Under the pieces are notes generated by a model. That model searched no databases and had not been told where the DNA came from. It saw only the letters and a list, made by a program, of their open reading frames with translations. This document shows positions 59,799 to 64,000 of a stretch of DNA of 64,000 nt, piece by piece. The stretch lies in NCBI GenBank assembly GCA_030682385.1, contig JAUXOG010000043.1, positions 34,473 through 98,472 on the forward strand. The letters are read 5' to 3'. The stretch's first letter is position 1; every line of letters starts with the position of its first letter. Made by a program: the position numbers and the translations under genes. This stretch comes from Bacteroidota bacterium (lineage in GTDB: Bacteria; Bacteroidota; Ignavibacteria; UBA10030; BY39).

Positions 59799-60803
59799 TT
59801 GGCAAAAACATATAAATCTGCAGGAGTAAGTATCGATTCAGGCGATGAGTTTGTAAATAAACTCAAACTCAAAGTCCGGTCAACCTTTTCAAAATCAGTC
59901 CTTTCCGATATCGGCTTGTTCGGCGCTTTCTATGATGCGAAGTTCGAAGATTATAAACATCCTGTATTAGTTTCAAGTGTCGATGGTGTCGGGACGAAGC
60001 TAAAAATTGCTTTTATGTTGAACAAGCACGACACAATCGGACAAGATTTGGTAAATCATTGTGTGAACGATATTGCAGTCTGCGGCGCCGCGCCTTTATT
60101 CTTCCTTGATTATTACGCTGCTGGAAAATTAAATCAACAGGTTGGCGAACAAATTATGGATGGCTTGGTTAAAGCCTGCCGCGAAAATAACTGCGCGCTG
60201 ATTGGCGGCGAAACTGCCGAGATGCCCGGCATCTATCACGAAGATGAATACGACTTGGCAGGAACAATTGTCGGTATTATAGAAAAAGCAAAAATTATCA
60301 ACGGGAAAAAAGTAAAAGAAGATGATGTTCTTATCGGGCTTCCCTCGACAGGTTTACATACCAACGGCTACTCGCTTGCACGTTCGGTCTTGTTCGAAAA
60401 ATATGAAGTTGACGATTTCATTGATGAATTAGGAATGCGATTAGGCGAATGCCTTTTAACAACTCATCGCTCGTATCTAAATCCGATAAATGCAATAAAA
60501 GATATCACCGATGTCCACGCAATCGCACATATAACAGGCGGTGGAATAAAAAATAATACGATGCGTCTGATTCCGAAAGGATTGGAATTGGAGATTGATT
60601 GGTTCGGTTGGGACAGATATCCGATTTTCAATTTGATACAGCGGCTCGGAGAAGTTCCCGAAGAGGAAATGCGTCGTACTTTTAATTTGGGAATCGGTTT
60701 AGTGATTGTAGTATCAAAAAGGGGTTCAGAAAATATTCTCAAAAATTTAATAGATATCAATGAACAACCGATTATTATCGGACAAACCAGAAGCAGTAAT
60801 TAG
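59799..60803 (+). CDS. purM: Phosphoribosylformylglycinamidine cyclo-ligase
   Basis: YKSAGVSI, DGVGTK, GGETAEMPG, GLHTNGYSL and HITGGG. Confidence 0.97.
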   Translation: MAKTYKSAGVSIDSGDEFVNKLKLKVRSTFSKSVLSDIGLFGAFYDAKFEDYKHPVLVSSVDGVGTKLKIAFMLNKHDTIGQDLVNHCVNDIAVCGAAPLFFLDYYAAGKLNQQVGEQIMDGLVKACRENNCALIGGETAEMPGIYHEDEYDLAGTIVGIIEKAKIINGKKVKEDDVLIGLPSTGLHTNGYSLARSVLFEKYEVDDFIDELGMRLGECLLTTHRSYLNPINAIKDITDVHAIAHITGGGIKNNTMRLIPKGLELEIDWFGWDRYPIFNLIQRLGEVPEEEMRRTFNLGIGLVIVVSKRGSENILKNLIDINEQPIIIGQTRSSN

Positions 60804-60804
60804 T

Positions 60805-62586
60805 ATGAAAACAAAAAAAATTATTAAAACTGCATCAGAAGACAATAAACTTATCAAAGGATATGGTTTAACGCAAAGATTAAATACACTGATCGAGATA
60901 ACTCTTCAAATCGATTCTGTCGGCAGCCGTGCCGAGATATATGATATTTTACGGAAGGAGTCTAAATGGTTGATGGAATTCGATGTTCTATCACTTGCAT
61001 ATTTAAGCCCCGTCCGTTCGTTTTATAGTATCGTAACATTATCGCCAATTGCTGATGCAACCGGATTAAATGAAACTTACTTTAGCGTAGAAGAAGGATT
61101 GCCCGGTTGGGTAATAAGGAATCAATCGCCGGTAATTTGTAATGCTAAAAAATGCGTAGGACATAGTAATTCGGTTGAGGGAAAGTTTGAAGAGTTCGGT
61201 ATAAAAAGTTTTCTTGCGGTTCCTATTAGAAGCGGTCAAGATCAAGTTGGCGCTTTAATATTTGCTTCGGTGAACGAAGATAATTACACTGAAGACGATT
61301 TAGTGATTGCACAATTGTATGGTTTACAAATAGCTGTATCGCTTAAAAATACAAATTTTGTTGAAGATGCAAAAAAACGTATCACTCAAATCGAATCGAC
61401 AAACGAAATATCAAAAATATTGAACTCAACACTCGATATTGATGATTTGTTGGTTTCGACTGCTGAGGCGATACAACAAAATTTTAATTACTTCGACGTA
61501 ACCCTGTTTTTACTTTCCGAGGAGAATTCCGAATTGTTATTGAAAGCTCATTCAGGTAATTATTTAGATCTTCTTCCGGGCGAATACAGGCAAAATATCG
61601 GTGAGGGTATAATCGGATGGGTAGCCGAGCAGGGCGAATATATATTGGCAAACGATGTTTCGCAGGATCCACGATATAAATCAATTGAAAATCACAATAC
61701 GCGTTCCGAACTTGCTTTGCCTATCAAAGTTGGTGCAATGCTGGTCGGGGTGTTGAATATCGAGGACAAAAAGTTATTCGCTTTTGATGAAATGGATGTA
61801 CTTGTTTTACAAACTTTGTGCGATCAGATTGCAAGTGCCATAGCAAATGCCAAACTCTACGAAGAGATAAAATTAGCCAATCAAAAACTTACAGAATTAG
61901 ATTCGTTGAAATCGGAATTTATAAGCATCGTTTCGCACGACTTCAGGTCTCCATTATCGAGCATCATTCTAGCTGGTAAAGCACTTTTGAAAAACGAGGA
62001 TATTCAAAATAATCCACGCTTCAAGGAATATATGCAACTCATCGTAACTCAAGCCAACCGTTTGAACCAATTAGCCGAAGATACTTTGTCGATAACACGC
62101 ATCGAATCGGGACAGGTGAGTATTGCTTTCAAAGTTGTGAATGTCGAACGGCTCATTCAGGATGCGTTGGTTTCGGTGCGAACATCAAACAGGCACACTA
62201 TTACTTACAATATTGATCCAAATGCGTCGTTTATTAAGGGAGATCATCCGAAACTCAGGCAGGTTGTTCAAAATCTCCTGTCTAATGCAATAAAATATTC
62301 ACCGGCTGGTGGAAAAGTAACCATCAACGTGGTTGAGCAGGATGGAGATGAAATTCTGTTTATTATCTCCGATGAGGGTATCGGAATTAAATCTGAGTAT
62401 CAGGACAAATTATTTCAAAAATTTTCCCGTGTCGATGAACCGGACTCTAAACATATCAAAGGCACAGGATTGGGTTTGTGGATTTGTCGCGAAATAATTG
62501 AAGCGCACAAAGGTAAAATTTGGATCGAAAGCGAATACGGCAAGGGGAGTACTTTTAAATTTACTATCAAAAAATCGGATAGTTAA
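60805..62586 (+). CDS. Cytoplasmic GAF-GAF sensor histidine kinase
   Basis: Two GAF domains, H-box VSHDFRSPL, NLLSNAIKYS, DEGIGI and GTGLGL. Start placed at the ATG just after the purM stop. Confidence 0.93.
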   Translation: MKTKKIIKTASEDNKLIKGYGLTQRLNTLIEITLQIDSVGSRAEIYDILRKESKWLMEFDVLSLAYLSPVRSFYSIVTLSPIADATGLNETYFSVEEGLPGWVIRNQSPVICNAKKCVGHSNSVEGKFEEFGIKSFLAVPIRSGQDQVGALIFASVNEDNYTEDDLVIAQLYGLQIAVSLKNTNFVEDAKKRITQIESTNEISKILNSTLDIDDLLVSTAEAIQQNFNYFDVTLFLLSEENSELLLKAHSGNYLDLLPGEYRQNIGEGIIGWVAEQGEYILANDVSQDPRYKSIENHNTRSELALPIKVGAMLVGVLNIEDKKLFAFDEMDVLVLQTLCDQIASAIANAKLYEEIKLANQKLTELDSLKSEFISIVSHDFRSPLSSIILAGKALLKNEDIQNNPRFKEYMQLIVTQANRLNQLAEDTLSITRIESGQVSIAFKVVNVERLIQDALVSVRTSNRHTITYNIDPNASFIKGDHPKLRQVVQNLLSNAIKYSPAGGKVTINVVEQDGDEILFIISDEGIGIKSEYQDKLFQKFSRVDEPDSKHIKGTGLGLWICREIIEAHKGKIWIESEYGKGSTFKFTIKKSDS

Positions 62587-62919
62587 TCCGATTCAGTTGG
62601 CTGGAGTTGTTTTAACTTTTCAATTACTAGCTTGTAGAATTCTTTATATCTCAATATCGAATCCGCCGGGTGACGGATGAATATCTATCCCTTTGAGATG
62701 CTGAATTTATAGGTTGGTTATTGAAAACCATTCGTAAAATATTTCTTATAAGTTATTTTGCTTTGACATAAATCACACCGTTTTTTTTTGATAGTAGTTT
62801 TTGAGGTTAAAAATTTGATTATTAGAGGTAATATGTTTATATAGCCACAAAGATAACGCGAAGGCAAAATTAAACTGAAAAAATATTTTAAGTTCCTGTA
62901 AAAAAAGTTAGAGGTTCTT

Positions 62920-64000
62920 ATGAAAAACAAAATTTATCTCTCAATCACAATTGTTATTACTTATTTTTTTAGCCAAAATTTATTTTCTCAAGACATTAAA
63001 GGCACAATCACAACAACATATAACCAGCCGGTTCAGAACTGTAGAATTGAATTTGTAAATAAAAATATTCCAACTTTACAATATATAACATTAACAGATT
63101 CGCTTGGCAGATACAAAATATCAATAACAACTGGAGTTGATGAATCCGATGATAATCATCCTGATGGAATAAAGTTGTATCAAAATTATCCAAATCCGTT
63201 TTCAGAGAAGACAGTTATTTCATATAAAATTCCCAAACATAATGATGTTACTATAAAAGTATACAACATTTTGGGGCAGGAAGTTAGAGCACTTATTACA
63301 AGCGAAATTCAGGAAGGGTTTAATAATGTAATTTGGGACGGAAAGGATAATTTTGGGAAAAAAGTTAGCAGCGGGATATACTTTTATAAAATAAAAAGCG
63401 ACGATAGAGCAAAAATAAAGAAGATGCTTTACTTAGAAGGTATAACTATGCCGGCTTATCCCGTACATTTTAAAAATTTTGAAAATTCAAACAGTAAAGC
63501 TAATGACACAACAATTTATATTGTGCGATTAAGGAATATTGAAAACACAACATATCCAAGAGTAAATGATTTAACTATTAATAAAGTATATATAAGCGGT
63601 GATACGACATTAAATATTATGCTTTCTGAAGCAAAAGAATGGGAATACTTGGGACTAGGCAAACCTGCAAGATTAAAATTGATAGATGATTATCTTTTCG
63701 CCTGTGCTGGAAAAGATGGTTTATACCGGTTAAATTTAATACTAGAAAATTCGCAGTGGGAATATCTTGGATTCGCTGATACAACTTATGATTATCGTGG
63801 AGTTATGGACATTTATTATCATAAGCCTAGTAATGAAATATTTGTTGGAATCAGAACAGCGCAGAGAGATGTTGAAGAAACTGGAATTTTCAGATCTTCT
63901 GATTTTGGAATAAATTGGACTCCATCAGATAGTGGAATTATTTTTAATAACCTTAGAATAAGTACAAAAGTAGATAGGTTTTTAGGAATTTATGATCCAA
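62920..64000 (+). CDS. Secreted protein with an internal T9SS-CTD/FlgD-like Ig domain and a downstream beta-propeller (3' end outside window)
   Basis: Hand translation is open from the ATG at 62920 to the window end: signal peptide, LYQNYPNPF...WDGKDNFGKKVSSGIYFY...KKML, then GIFRSSDFGINW (Asp-box). Confidence 0.85.
   Translation, partial: MKNKIYLSITIVITYFFSQNLFSQDIKGTITTTYNQPVQNCRIEFVNKNIPTLQYITLTDSLGRYKISITTGVDESDDNHPDGIKLYQNYPNPFSEKTVISYKIPKHNDVTIKVYNILGQEVRALITSEIQEGFNNVIWDGKDNFGKKVSSGIYFYKIKSDDRAKIKKMLYLEGITMPAYPVHFKNFENSNSKANDTTIYIVRLRNIENTTYPRVNDLTINKVYISGDTTLNIMLSEAKEWEYLGLGKPARLKLIDDYLFACAGKDGLYRLNLILENSQWEYLGFADTTYDYRGVMDIYYHKPSNEIFVGIRTAQRDVEETGIFRSSDFGINWTPSDSGIIFNNLRISTKVDRFLGIYDP

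Overview
AT-rich bacterial chromosomal window, most likely from an Ignavibacteria-like (FCB group) organism; this is inferred from several proteins with T9SS-type 'LYQNYPNPFNP' sorting domains and from the gene content. Most of the window is housekeeping: the dcw cluster (murE-murF-mraY-murD-ftsW-murG-orf-murC-murB-ftsQ-ftsA-ftsZ), purD, purM, guaB, proS, valS, dnaE, trxA, acyl-CoA catabolism genes, tRNA-Arg(CCT) and several secreted proteins. The main accessory finding is an integrase-less integron cassette array at about 27.0-30.6 kb on the minus strand. It has three attC-like sites, cassette ends that are exactly complementary, and a two-gene CBASS anti-phage system (CD-NTase plus Cap15) carried as one cassette. 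The 17-bp site that heads this array recurs at 16/17 identity 13 kb away, in front of a solitary YaaC cassette, and both sites have a TTGANT-N17-TATATT promoter upstream. This suggests dispersed attI-like docking sites served by an integrase in trans. Also present: a run of truncated or deleted accessory genes (23.3-26.5 kb), hairpin mini-elements with tRNA-Arg fragments, and many short tandem or palindromic repeats at gene junctions, two of which lie in frame inside valS and an Xaa-Pro peptidase gene. All calls come from reading the sequence by eye; no searches were run.
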